A stretch of DNA of 64,000 nt from Phycisphaeraceae bacterium (lineage in GTDB: Bacteria; Planctomycetota; Phycisphaerae; Phycisphaerales; Phycisphaeraceae): NCBI GenBank assembly GCA_963674705.1, contig OY771506.1:2752001-2816000 (forward strand), read 5' to 3'. Made by a program: the position numbers and the translations under genes. Below the pieces are notes generated by a model. The model worked only from the letters and a program-made list of their open reading frames with translations, ran no database searches and was not told the DNA's origin. Shown here in pieces: positions 39,893 to 50,610 of this stretch (the stretch's first letter is position 1; the number at the start of each line of letters is the position of its first letter).

Positions 39893-39947
39893 TTAGCCTC
39901 GGGTCGACGACCCGGGGCTTAGCCCCACGTCGTCGACGTAGGGCTAA
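39893..39947. repeat. REP-like family B doublet (TTAGCCCC-palindrome-GGGG)
   Basis: Related copies at 42288-42310, 47757-47810, 50621-50647, 61813-61835. Confidence 0.75.
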
Positions 39948-40058
39948 ATACAAACGAACCACCAACCCCTACGAAACGACGCGACTCGTCGCGTTTTCCA
40001 AACTAACCAACAACCCTTAACTATCAACAAAACCATTAACGCAACGGAGAACATACCC

Positions 40059-40346
40059 ATGAAAATCAAACCCCTCGGCGACAAGATCCTCGTACAGCGT
40101 CTCGAAGCCGAAACCAAGACATCGTCCGGCATCTTCCTGCCCGAATCCGCCAAGGAAAAGCCCCAGCAAGCCAAGGTCATCGCCGTCGGCGAAGGCAAAG
40201 CACTGGACAACGGCGAACGCGCCAAGCCCACCGTCAAAAAGGGTGACACCATCATCCTCTCCAAGTGGGGCGGCACCGAACTCAAAATCGACGGCCAGGA
40301 ATACCTCGTCATGTCCGAAGACGAAGTCCTCGCCATCGTCGAGTAA
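40059..40346 (+). CDS. groES: Co-chaperonin GroES
   Basis: IKPLGDKILV, SGIFLP..AKEKP, KWGGTE. Confidence 0.97.
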   Translation: MKIKPLGDKILVQRLEAETKTSSGIFLPESAKEKPQQAKVIAVGEGKALDNGERAKPTVKKGDTIILSKWGGTELKIDGQEYLVMSEDEVLAIVE

Positions 40347-40353
40347 CGCAGTC

Positions 40354-40532
40354 ATCGCGAGCCGAAATGCATAACCGCGAGCCGCAACACGTAACCGCGA
40401 AACGCAAAACATAACCGCGAGCCGGGATGTCCCCATCCCGGCGCCCCCGGGCAACCCCAAACCGCCCAATATCACGGACGCACGATTCTCGTAAATCGAA
40501 TCACACCGCGACGCGGACGTCACGGCTCGCAA
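40354..40532. repeat. TAACCGCGAGCCG-type short repeats and hairpin between groES and groEL
   Basis: Four ~20-nt-spaced units, last with GCCGGGATG-tccc-CATCCCGGC; related copy at 42220-42252. Confidence 0.6.
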
Positions 40533-40591
40533 ACGACACGAAGTACACAAGTAACAAAACAATAAAACCGTAAACCCATAAGGAAAGAGAA

Positions 40592-42220
<1,629 letters not shown>

Positions 42221-42422
42221 TAATCGCGAGCCGCGGCCCATCGCCGCGGTTCAACCTGATCGACGTGCATTTGAAACCCCAACCCGTTTAGCCCCGCAGC
42301 TTGCTGCGGGCACGGGCCGCCAAGGCCCGATCAATAAAAGGCTTCGGTTTAATAAACACCCGGTTATAATGGAAACATCATGAAGAACCACCCGGGGCCG
42401 GGATACAATCCGAAGTAACCGC

Positions 42423-42459
42423 AAACGGCGGGACGGCTGAAACGCTGTCCCGCCGTTTT
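42423..42459 (+). terminator. Terminator-like hairpin just upstream of the DUF5343 RBS
   Basis: AAACGGCGGGAC...GTCCCGCCGTTTT. Confidence 0.55.
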
Positions 42460-42476
42460 ATATTTAGGAGATTAAT

Positions 42477-43199
42477 ATGGCAAAGAAACGTACAGTAAAA
42501 AAGAAAACTTCAAAAAAGAAAGCCGCGAAAAGGGCTGCGAAAAAGAAGCCAGTGTCAACGAGCTCACCAAAGCTACCATATACGGTCACCCCAAATGCAC
42601 TTAGGAAATTTTTAAAATTTGTTCCAGAGAAACCTAAGCCAGAGAAGGTAAACAATGAATTACTGTCGGCATGGGAATTAGGTGGTAATAACGCGAATTC
42701 AATTATTCGGGTTCTAAAAGCTATTGGATTAGTATCGTCGGCAAATGATCCCACTGAGGACTACGAATTATTTATGCACCGCCAAGGTGGTCCTCAGCAT
42801 TTAGCTAATCTTGTACGAGTAACATATAGACCATTATTTAATGCATCTCATAATCCACACCAGGAATCCGACGATTCGCTTAAGAATTTGTTTAATATTC
42901 ACTCTGGTGGATCTGAGGCTACGTTGCAACACCAGATTGCCACGTTTAAGACGCTCTGCGAGTTTGCTGATTTTTCTAGTGCCATTCCAGAGGGAGCGGT
43001 CGAATCAAGTGCAGCCGTCTTGAGTGATACTGGAGCTGCTCAGGCAGGCTCCAGTGGTATTGGGAACTCCGGCGGGGCAACGATTCACATAGATTTGCAT
43101 ATTCACTTGCCTGAAAACAAGAGCGCTCGAGACTACCAGGCGATATTCGAAGATATTGGCCGATACATTTACGGTCATGTGGGGTCTGCTGATGAGTAG
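42477..43199 (+). CDS. DUF5343-like protein with Lys-rich N-terminal tail
   Basis: LPY...L..FL...P.K, II.VLK.IG.V.....PT..Y, TFKTLCEFADF, IHIDLHIHLP..Y.AIF pattern; AT-rich; AGGAG RBS. Confidence 0.75.
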   Translation: MAKKRTVKKKTSKKKAAKRAAKKKPVSTSSPKLPYTVTPNALRKFLKFVPEKPKPEKVNNELLSAWELGGNNANSIIRVLKAIGLVSSANDPTEDYELFMHRQGGPQHLANLVRVTYRPLFNASHNPHQESDDSLKNLFNIHSGGSEATLQHQIATFKTLCEFADFSSAIPEGAVESSAAVLSDTGAAQAGSSGIGNSGGATIHIDLHIHLPENKSARDYQAIFEDIGRYIYGHVGSADE

Positions 43200-43752
43200 T
43201 CAGATACATCCTGAAGTAGTACGTTTGTGTGCTGATGCGGCTGAGATTCGGAAAAAGTATAGTTGCCAGGAAGTTAGATCGGAGATGGGTGACGTTAGTG
43301 ATATTGTTAATGCATTAAATGAGTTTCAAGAATGTGTTCGATATCTTAATACACGCAGATCTCAAGGTGCTGTGCTTCATCTAGATTCGGAGGCTGATGT
43401 TCAGGATGCGTTATATTTGATGTTGCGTCCATGGATACCAGACTTATTAGAAGAAGATCCGGGGAGTCGGATTGCAAGCCGTTATACGATCAAAGATTTC
43501 GTGTCTGCACATTATAGAACTGTGATTGAGGCAAAGTATATTCGTGATCAAACTCATGGGAAGTCTATATCTAAGGAGTTGCATGATGATATCGAGACGT
43601 ATCGTCACCACATTAACTGCAGGCATCTTGTATTCTTTATATACGACCCAGATTCCTTAATCCCAAATCAACGATCACTGCGTGAGCAAATTGAAATATC
43701 ACGCACGCATGGATCAAAAACAATTTACTGCCACCTAATTGTGAAGCCATAG
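43192..43752 (+). CDS. PD-(D/E)XK nuclease, REase DpnII/MboI-like domain
   Basis: EADVQDALY..L, EEDP, KDF, IEAK, ELHDDI.TY..H..C..L.FFIYDP; 8-nt overlap with upstream gene. Confidence 0.7.
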   Translation: MSSQIHPEVVRLCADAAEIRKKYSCQEVRSEMGDVSDIVNALNEFQECVRYLNTRRSQGAVLHLDSEADVQDALYLMLRPWIPDLLEEDPGSRIASRYTIKDFVSAHYRTVIEAKYIRDQTHGKSISKELHDDIETYRHHINCRHLVFFIYDPDSLIPNQRSLREQIEISRTHGSKTIYCHLIVKP

Positions 43753-43787
43753 CCGCAGACCGGGATAGGAAAAGGTGTCAGGGGATA

Positions 43788-43920
43788 GAGAAGAAACGGG
43801 GTCAGAGAAGAAACGGGGTCAGACCCCGTTTCCCCCTTACATGGGGCACAAACGGGAGAAGAAACGGGGTCAGACCCCGTTTCCCCCCTTACATGGGGCA
43901 CAAACGGTGTCAAACACCTT
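43788..43920. repeat. Tandem REP-like units containing AAACGGGGTCAGACCCCGTTT
   Basis: ~51-bp unit twice (43805-43855, 43856-43907); further copies at 44231, 45101, degenerate at 46572. Confidence 0.85.
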
Positions 43921-43954
43921 ATGCCCACCTTATTCCCAAACAAAGGAGGTAATC

Positions 43955-44125
43955 ATGGAATTGAGTAATGCGGCCGAATCTAAGCTTCGCGATTGGTGCG
44001 GGCCTAATACTTGGCATACATCACATGACAGTGATATGGATCGGTGGTATGACTTTGTAGATCAATATCAACGTGATCATGGTTACACCATTGATGAAGC
44101 AGCATTGCCGGGTGCCACACTTTGA
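43955..44125 (+). pseudogene. Small gene probably truncated by a REP-like element
   Basis: Strong GGAGG RBS; last codons (PGATL*) come from the palindromic repeat 44106-44143. Confidence 0.45.
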
Positions 44126-44392
44126 TCCGCAGGACAAGGTGTGAAAGATGGGCAGCGACATATGGCAACATCAAATAAACCATCAGAAGCACGTATGTTT
44201 ATGAGGTTGTTGTGGACAATATTTAAGAAGAAACGGGGTCAGACCCCGTATTAGGATCCGGGTAAGTAACAATCCGACAGGCCAATCAAAGACAGGGACG
44301 CATTATGCGAATGATCAGTGCCGGGTGCCCGCCTTTGACCCGCAGGCCAAAGTGTGCGATTGTGGGGACACAACATAAGAAGGAGATTGTCT

Positions 44393-44743
44393 ATGGGATA
44401 CGATTTACACATCACACGTGCGGACGATTGGTCTGAGAGTGAAGAGCATGCTATCACGCTTGATGAATGGCTGTCATATGTTGCATCGGACCAGGAATTG
44501 CATTTGCAAACACATGCGGAAGTTCAAACGCCTACCGGGACGCTGAGCTGCGATAACGAGGGGCTGGCGATATGGTCGGGAACCCAAGCAGGTGGTGCCG
44601 ATCCAGAGAATATTTGGTTCGATTATCGACGTGGCCGTATTGTTGTAAAGAATCCCGAAAAGCATGTCATAGCCAAAATGATAAGAGTCGCCGATCAACT
44701 GAAAGCAAAAGTCATAGGCGACGAAGGCGAACAATACAGCTAG
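44393..44743 (+). CDS. Hypothetical protein (MGYDLHITRA...)
   Basis: 116-aa ORF, AAGGAG RBS, AT-rich. Confidence 0.7.
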   Translation: MGYDLHITRADDWSESEEHAITLDEWLSYVASDQELHLQTHAEVQTPTGTLSCDNEGLAIWSGTQAGGADPENIWFDYRRGRIVVKNPEKHVIAKMIRVADQLKAKVIGDEGEQYS

Positions 44744-44747
44744 TGGC

Positions 44748-45048
44748 AAGAAAAGGGGATAAGTACATTTAAGAGGGCTAGGGGGCGCGGAAAAGGGGCC
44801 ATTCAACTTTAGTGCGTCGAGAAAGCCGGGGGCGGAAGTGGGTTCTGATCCCGCCCCGCGGGGCCGATACTGTTTCACTCAATCGGATACACTTATATAG
44901 CCGAGCGTGCCCCGACGTGGTTGGGGTTACATCGCTCCGTGTCGCACCATACTGCCTGAAAGGGCGTCCGCATGGCCAACAAGGATCAAAACAAGCGCAC
45001 CGACAATAAGAACAAACCCAAACTCACCGTCAAGGAAAAAAAGGAACG
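44748..45048 (+). repeat. 301-bp direct repeat, copy 1
   Basis: Matches 45528-45828 with 5 substitutions by my count. Confidence 0.9.
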
Positions 45049-45347
45049 AGGAAGAAAAGGTGTCAGGAACCAAATCGACGGGAGATGAAACGGGGAGATG
45101 AAACGGGGTCTGACCCCGTTTAACTCACAGGATCAGCCGCCGCGCCGGCCTGTATGGCAAGCCGGCACCGAAGGGTGTATGCAAGATGCACAACACAACA
45201 AAGCACAATCTCTTTGAACTGCTAGGCGATATCTGCCTGTCTGTTGCTGAATGCATTGTCGACGTCGTTACGCTATTATAATTCGTAGGTCCGCACTGCA
45301 CGGACACTAAGTTCTAAAAAGGTTGTATGACGTAACAGGAACACATC

Positions 45348-45542
45348 ATGCGAATGATCAGTGCATCGATATTCATGTTGGCATCGGCCGTGTTTTTCCT
45401 TGCGGTGCAGACGGCCGTGAGGCAGGATGAGTTGTCGCTGATAGGCGTCGGCGCTTCACTGATCTTGGGCATCTTCGGCGTCACGGAATACATCGTAAGT
45501 CTGGTGGAGAGGGTAAGAAAAGGGGGTAAGAAAAGGGGATAA
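45348..45542 (+). CDS. Small 2-TM hypothetical protein
   Basis: 64 aa, AGGA RBS; C-terminus runs into the repeat. Confidence 0.5.
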   Translation: MRMISASIFMLASAVFFLAVQTAVRQDELSLIGVGASLILGIFGVTEYIVSLVERVRKGGKKRG

Positions 45543-45828
45543 GTACATTTAAGGGGGCTAGGGGGCGCGGAAAAGGGGCTATTCAACTTTAATGCGTCGA
45601 GAAAGCCGGGGGCGGAAGTGGGTTATGATCCCGCCCCGCGGGGCCGATACTGTTTCACTCAATCGGATACACTTATATAGCCGAGCGTGCCCCGACGTGG
45701 TTGGGGTTACATCGCTCCGTGTCGCACCATACTGCCTGAAAGGGCGTCCGCATGGCCAACAAGGATCAAAACAAGCGCACCGACAATAAGAACAAGCCCA
45801 AACTCACCGTCAAGGAAAAAAAGGAACG
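45528..45828 (+). repeat. 301-bp direct repeat, copy 2
   Basis: Offset exactly 780 bp from copy 1. Confidence 0.9.
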
Positions 45829-45862
45829 CAAAGCCCGCAAGGCCGCGGAGAAGAACAAGTGA
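45752..45862 (+). CDS. Small basic protein (36 aa) MANKDQNKRTDNKNKPKLTVKEKKERKARKAAEKNK
   Basis: Hand translation; GAAAGGG RBS; chimeric copy starts at 44972. Confidence 0.55.
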   Translation: MANKDQNKRTDNKNKPKLTVKEKKERKARKAAEKNK

Positions 45863-46024
45863 GTCTGGTGTCGTGAGCCAGGTGTCGGATACCGGATCCA
45901 CTCCCGACTTTTGCCATTAGCTCCCGAAGCCGTTGGCGATGAATAACTTGTAGTATAAGTTCGTGGCGTTCGGGCCAGGCCCGTTAATCCACATAGGGTG
46001 GTTACATGAAAGCCGGGTGGCACA

Positions 46025-46552
46025 ATGTTTCGATGGCTCTACCGGACCGGACTCATCCTGTTCATCATCGCAATGTTGATAGTGATCGGCCTCTGGGTAA
46101 ACAGCTACCGACGTGCCGACGCACTGACATTTCTTTTGCACACGGACACCAGCTACCGACTCCAGGCCGACCGCGGGCGGTTCGAGGTCTATACCTTTCC
46201 GCACCTTGGCGACAAAACATACTGGTACAGCTTCACACACTACACACCCAAACCGGGCGCAACGCGTCTAGACAAGCGGTGCACCCACCACGCATGGGGC
46301 TTCGGCTACACCGGGCAGAAGCAAGCCGGCCACATCTGGCCCGGCGGTGGTGATCGCATGGTCGACATCTTTCAACTCGTCGTCCCCGCCTGGGCGATGT
46401 TGGTCTTTTGGACGCTGCTGTTCGCCGCCTACATCGCAGCCGTTCGCAGGATTCGACGCACACACCGCCGCCGCCACGGCCTCTGCACCCGCTGTGGCTA
46501 CGACATGCGCGCAAGCCCCGACGCCTGTCCCGAATGCGGAAAGAGCAAATAG
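46025..46552 (+). CDS. Membrane protein with C-terminal zinc ribbon
   Basis: Two TM; GLCTRCGYDMRASPDACPECG. Confidence 0.75.
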   Translation: MFRWLYRTGLILFIIAMLIVIGLWVNSYRRADALTFLLHTDTSYRLQADRGRFEVYTFPHLGDKTYWYSFTHYTPKPGATRLDKRCTHHAWGFGYTGQKQAGHIWPGGGDRMVDIFQLVVPAWAMLVFWTLLFAAYIAAVRRIRRTHRRRHGLCTRCGYDMRASPDACPECGKSK

Positions 46553-46768
46553 GATATGAAACGGATGGACGAAACGGGGCCAAACCCCGAATGGTTGAGC
46601 CAACATGAGAGGCAATTTATAGGGGAGCGGAAAAGGGACATTTTACTTTTAGCTAGCAAGTAGCATGGGTCCCATTCCGGGGCAGGGTGGGGAGTAAGAA
46701 TAGGGGATACGTACATTCATTTGACAGCGTAAACTGATTATCTTCTGCTGTAAGTACAACGATCGACC

Positions 46769-46816
46769 GGACCCCCGGACCCCCGGACCCCCGGACCCCC
46801 GGACCCCCGGACCCCC
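46769..46816 (+). repeat. (GGACCCCC)x6 tandem repeat
   Basis: Read directly; ends 10 nt before the ATG at 46827. Confidence 0.9.
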
Positions 46817-46826
46817 AACCCAGGGA

Positions 46827-47588
46827 ATGCAGGCACTGGACATCACGCAAACTATTCTTGTTGCTTCGGCACTGGTGTTCGCCTGCATGGTGCAGGGCGC
46901 GGTCGGGTTCGGGGCGGGGATGTTTGCGATCCCGTTGATGGTCTGGGCGGGTGAGAGTTTGCCGGCGGCGATCACCATCACGATGGGCGGCGTCATCGTG
47001 CAATGCGGGTGGAACCTGTATCGATATCGCGGCCACGTCACGATGCGTGAGTTGATGCCGTTGACGACGACCCGGTTGCTGACGCTGCCGGTGGGTGTGC
47101 TGCTGCTGAGCGTCCTGGTGGGTCTGGGGACGGACCGCGTGAAGCAATGTGTCGGCCTGATGCTGTTGCTGGCACTATTGACGCAGTGGCTATTGAAGGT
47201 CAGGCCGCGTGAGCGGGTAGCATGGGGCTGGACGCTGTTGGCAGGTGGGGCGAGCGGTCTGATGGGTGGGATGGTCGGCATGGGTGGGCCGCCGGTCGTG
47301 TTATGGGTGATGGCGCATGACTGGCCTGCGAAAAAAGCGAGGTCGTTTTTATGGGGCACCTTCGTGCTGCTGATCCCATTCAACCTGTTGCTTCTTGTGT
47401 ACAAGTTCGGCAACGAAATTGGGTGGGCGTTGCTGCTGGGTTTGTGCCTGGCGCCGCTGGTGGTGGCGGGTTCGGAACTGGGCCAGCGGATCGGCGGGCT
47501 GATGAACCGCCATCGCTTGCGAACCGTCGCGCTCGGCTTCCTGCTGATCCTGGCCCTGGTCTCCGTGTTCGGTCCGCTGCTGCGTTAG
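46827..47588 (+). CDS. TSUP (TauE/SafE) family transporter
   Basis: VQGAVGFGAG...P and SGLMGG.VGMGGPP repeats; about 8 TM. Confidence 0.88.
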   Translation: MQALDITQTILVASALVFACMVQGAVGFGAGMFAIPLMVWAGESLPAAITITMGGVIVQCGWNLYRYRGHVTMRELMPLTTTRLLTLPVGVLLLSVLVGLGTDRVKQCVGLMLLLALLTQWLLKVRPRERVAWGWTLLAGGASGLMGGMVGMGGPPVVLWVMAHDWPAKKARSFLWGTFVLLIPFNLLLLVYKFGNEIGWALLLGLCLAPLVVAGSELGQRIGGLMNRHRLRTVALGFLLILALVSVFGPLLR

Positions 47589-48052
47589 GATGCTTCTGGA
47601 TAAGGAGCAAAAGCTTTCAGCAAGCAGCATGGGTCACATTCCGGCGTAGGGCGGGTGTAGCGAAGCGACTGCTTCAATTGATGTTTCATGTCCGAACCGC
47701 AACGCACCATTATTGCGGGCATCACACATGACCGTTATCGAAACCGGCAAGGCCGACCCCACATCGTCGATGCGGGGCTAAATAATTAGCCCCCCGTCGA
47801 CGACCGGGGGTTAACGGGGGTAATCCGGGGGCGCGGGGGTGAACAGGCCTTGGGCGTTCGTGGGATTGGGATGAATAAGCGATGCCATGTGACACGTTGC
47901 CACAATCAGTTTACGATTGAATTGTGATCGGATTGGCTACAGCAAGTAGCATACGTCCCATGACGCGATAGCGGCGTGATGTAGTTGTAACGACGCGACG
48001 CCTTCCACAACGCTACGTGTTATACCCACCGATCCGACAAACGAGGTACTTC

Positions 48053-48220
48053 ATGAACGATATCACCGTGGGACTCTTGCTTATTACGATCATGGCAATG
48101 ACGTCGTCAGCCGTACACGCTTCATGGCGTAAGAAACACAATCGGGTAGTAGATCATCTGAATCAACAGATCGATGACCTGAAGGCAGAGATCGAACGAT
48201 TAAGACGAGGTGTGATGTGA
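48053..48220 (+). CDS. Small TM + coiled-coil protein
   Basis: GAGG RBS; GTGA overlap with next gene. Confidence 0.5.
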   Translation: MNDITVGLLLITIMAMTSSAVHASWRKKHNRVVDHLNQQIDDLKAEIERLRRGVM

Positions 48221-49281
48221 ACAGGCTTGTGATCTGGTTCGGGCTGTTGCTGATGTGTGTTGTTTGTCCGGCAGCGGGAGAGGGGCCGGCGCTTTCGCAG
48301 CTGCCGCCGCTACAACCTAAACCTTACGCCATCGGCATCGCGCCCTCGCATATCACGACCGATCCTAACCCGATGTTCGCATCAACATCGCAGTGGCAGA
48401 ACGTCGCCGAGCATACCGACCTTTACAAGTACTACGGCGTGCAACTGCTCGATATCGACTGGTCGACGAACCTCGACGCCAAAGCATTCGTTGCCTGCAT
48501 GAAGCAGCAGGAAATCCGCATCGGTTGCGAGTTCGGCAGCTTCGGCCTCGGCGGCGACACGATCCCCGACCCGGCGCAAGCGGCCTTCAATGAAATCGAC
48601 CCGATCTACGACGCCGGCGGCGAAGTCTATTCGCTGCATCTCGACGGGCCTATCCGCCGAATGATCAAAGGCTTTCAGGACCATCCCAACGCGCAGAGCA
48701 TGGACCAGATCGCCGCCCGCCTCGTCGACTTCTACCAGAAAGTCCACGCCAAGTACCCCGACATCCGCATCGGCCTGATTACCAACTTCCCCAACTGGGA
48801 CTACACCGCCGAACTCGTCGGCTACAACGGTCACTACACCGATACCTCCGGCGTCACCTACGCCCAGGCCCTCGACACGCTCTACGAAGCCCTTAGAAAC
48901 GCGGGTGAAAAGATCGCTTTCATCGAAGTCGATTGCCCCTACAACTATTACAAGGAATCACGCACGCGTAACAGCGACGCGCCGCTCGATAACGCGACGA
49001 AGTTCATCAAGCTGCAGAAGTGGTGCAACCAGCGCGACATCCGCTTCCACATGATCGTCAACGCAGAGCCGCGCGGCACGGGCGGCAAGGGCTTCCACGA
49101 TATGACCTGCACCTATATCAAACAACTCCGCAACGACGGCATCTTCCCCGATCTCTTTCTCATCCAGTCCTGGTACAAACAGCCCGAAGAACATTTGCCC
49201 GAATCCGAACCCAACACCTTCATGAACACCGCACGCGACGCGATCGAGTTGTTGCCTTCATCTGCAAAAAAGCAACGGTAG
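48217..49281 (+). CDS. Secreted hypothetical protein (possible TIM-barrel hydrolase)
   Basis: 354 aa, signal peptide, strong codon bias. Confidence 0.65.
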   Translation: MNRLVIWFGLLLMCVVCPAAGEGPALSQLPPLQPKPYAIGIAPSHITTDPNPMFASTSQWQNVAEHTDLYKYYGVQLLDIDWSTNLDAKAFVACMKQQEIRIGCEFGSFGLGGDTIPDPAQAAFNEIDPIYDAGGEVYSLHLDGPIRRMIKGFQDHPNAQSMDQIAARLVDFYQKVHAKYPDIRIGLITNFPNWDYTAELVGYNGHYTDTSGVTYAQALDTLYEALRNAGEKIAFIEVDCPYNYYKESRTRNSDAPLDNATKFIKLQKWCNQRDIRFHMIVNAEPRGTGGKGFHDMTCTYIKQLRNDGIFPDLFLIQSWYKQPEEHLPESEPNTFMNTARDAIELLPSSAKKQR

Positions 49282-49388
49282 TGGTCCTGGTTTGATAATG
49301 GATGAACGTTAGTTAATACTGATGATTGTCTGGCCTAGTAAAGCAAGTGGAGTATTCAGAACATCTGATTAATGAAGGAGCGTTCGAT

Positions 49389-49724
49389 ATGACGACCCTG
49401 GTACTTGCTAAGTCATTTATTGTCCCGGCAATGATCCTTGCGATGATCGCAGCGGTTGTTGCTTTGGCGATCCATCATCGCTGGCGGCGCCTGTGGCTGG
49501 GTTCGGTGGCGGCGGCGGTTTTAGGGACCTGTCTGTGGTTCGCCATTACGTTACCGCTGTCGCTGATGGACGGCTGGTCAGGCTTCACACAGGAGTGGCC
49601 TTACATGCTTAACGCGCTGCTGATCTGCGCCGCAATAAACTTCCCGATCGCATTAGGTGTGGGGCTGCTCGTTCGTCATCATCGAGCAACGCAGCACATT
49701 GAAACGACCGGCGGCGCTACGTGA
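49389..49724 (+). CDS. Small 3-TM hypothetical protein
   Basis: AAGGAG RBS; hydrophobic segments. Confidence 0.6.
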   Translation: MTTLVLAKSFIVPAMILAMIAAVVALAIHHRWRRLWLGSVAAAVLGTCLWFAITLPLSLMDGWSGFTQEWPYMLNALLICAAINFPIALGVGLLVRHHRATQHIETTGGAT

Positions 49725-49935
49725 TGCGTAGATAAAATGCTTTTTTACGCATGGCCTCGTCAAAAAGGGATGAAAGAGCATTGGTGCTTTTGGTACCATA
49801 TCTTGTCCTGCCAATGTCTGAGGGGTGTACTCACAGATGTGCCGGGCCGATCGGGACACCCGATTATTTGCAGTACCCATTTGTATACATGAGTCTTCTT
49901 CATACTTATTCTTCTGTGGAATATGGAGGTTGGTT

Positions 49936-50610
49936 ATGACGCGTTATACAGGTATGACTGATAACAACCATTTGATGTGTTTCTTGTTTGCCATGGCTGC
50001 TGCGCTGTGCATCGCCACCACAGCACCGGCGGTTGTCATCGACGACTTTACGGTCGGCCCGCAAAACGTGCTGCTGCAGGATCAGAGCAGTGACCTGTCG
50101 CAAACGAGCCTGTCGGGCGATCACGTCCTCGGCGGCCGGCGCGGTGTGGATCTGTGGGGCAACGGGGGAAGCACTTCATTAGTGATCGATACCACCAACG
50201 GCGGCAAAGCGATTGTTGATGTGGCCGACGGCTGGGGATATCTCGCGCTGACATACGGCACCACTGAAAACCCGCTCAACCTCAACCTTGCCGCCATCGG
50301 ACACGACACGATCCGCCTGCGCTACCGGATTTCAAGTGTCAGCGGAACCACTTACGTCCCTGGCTGGTACCGCGTCTATGGCACGGGCCAGCAGATCGAC
50401 ATCCCGTTCGCCAATACCGCCAGCGACAACATCATCGAAGTTATCAGCAGTATCCCTGCAAGCAACGACCTGACCGACATCGATAAGATTGAAGTCAATA
50501 TCCTCCGCATCCCCGCCGGCACGACTATTGAACTCATTGACATCATCACCGTCCCCGAGCCCACGTTCGCGCTGCTATTGCTTACGCCGATGTTGTTAAG
50601 AAGGAAGTAA
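49936..50610 (+). CDS. PEP-CTERM sorting-domain protein
   Basis: Signal peptide; C-terminal VPEP-TM-RRK; GGAGG RBS. Confidence 0.85.
   Translation: MTRYTGMTDNNHLMCFLFAMAAALCIATTAPAVVIDDFTVGPQNVLLQDQSSDLSQTSLSGDHVLGGRRGVDLWGNGGSTSLVIDTTNGGKAIVDVADGWGYLALTYGTTENPLNLNLAAIGHDTIRLRYRISSVSGTTYVPGWYRVYGTGQQIDIPFANTASDNIIEVISSIPASNDLTDIDKIEVNILRIPAGTTIELIDIITVPEPTFALLLLTPMLLRRK

Noticed and set aside
43788..45121. CRISPR array
   Set aside because: The spacers between the first repeats are near-identical, later spacing is hundreds of bp and irregular, and no cas genes are present.
45121..45175. attC left arm (TAACTCACAGGATCAGCCGCC)
   Set aside because: No complementary right arm with GTT found downstream; at best a fragment.
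42221..47960. Integrase-type genomic island or prophage at groEL
   Set aside because: No integrase, no phage genes and no duplicated groEL 3' end seen in the window.
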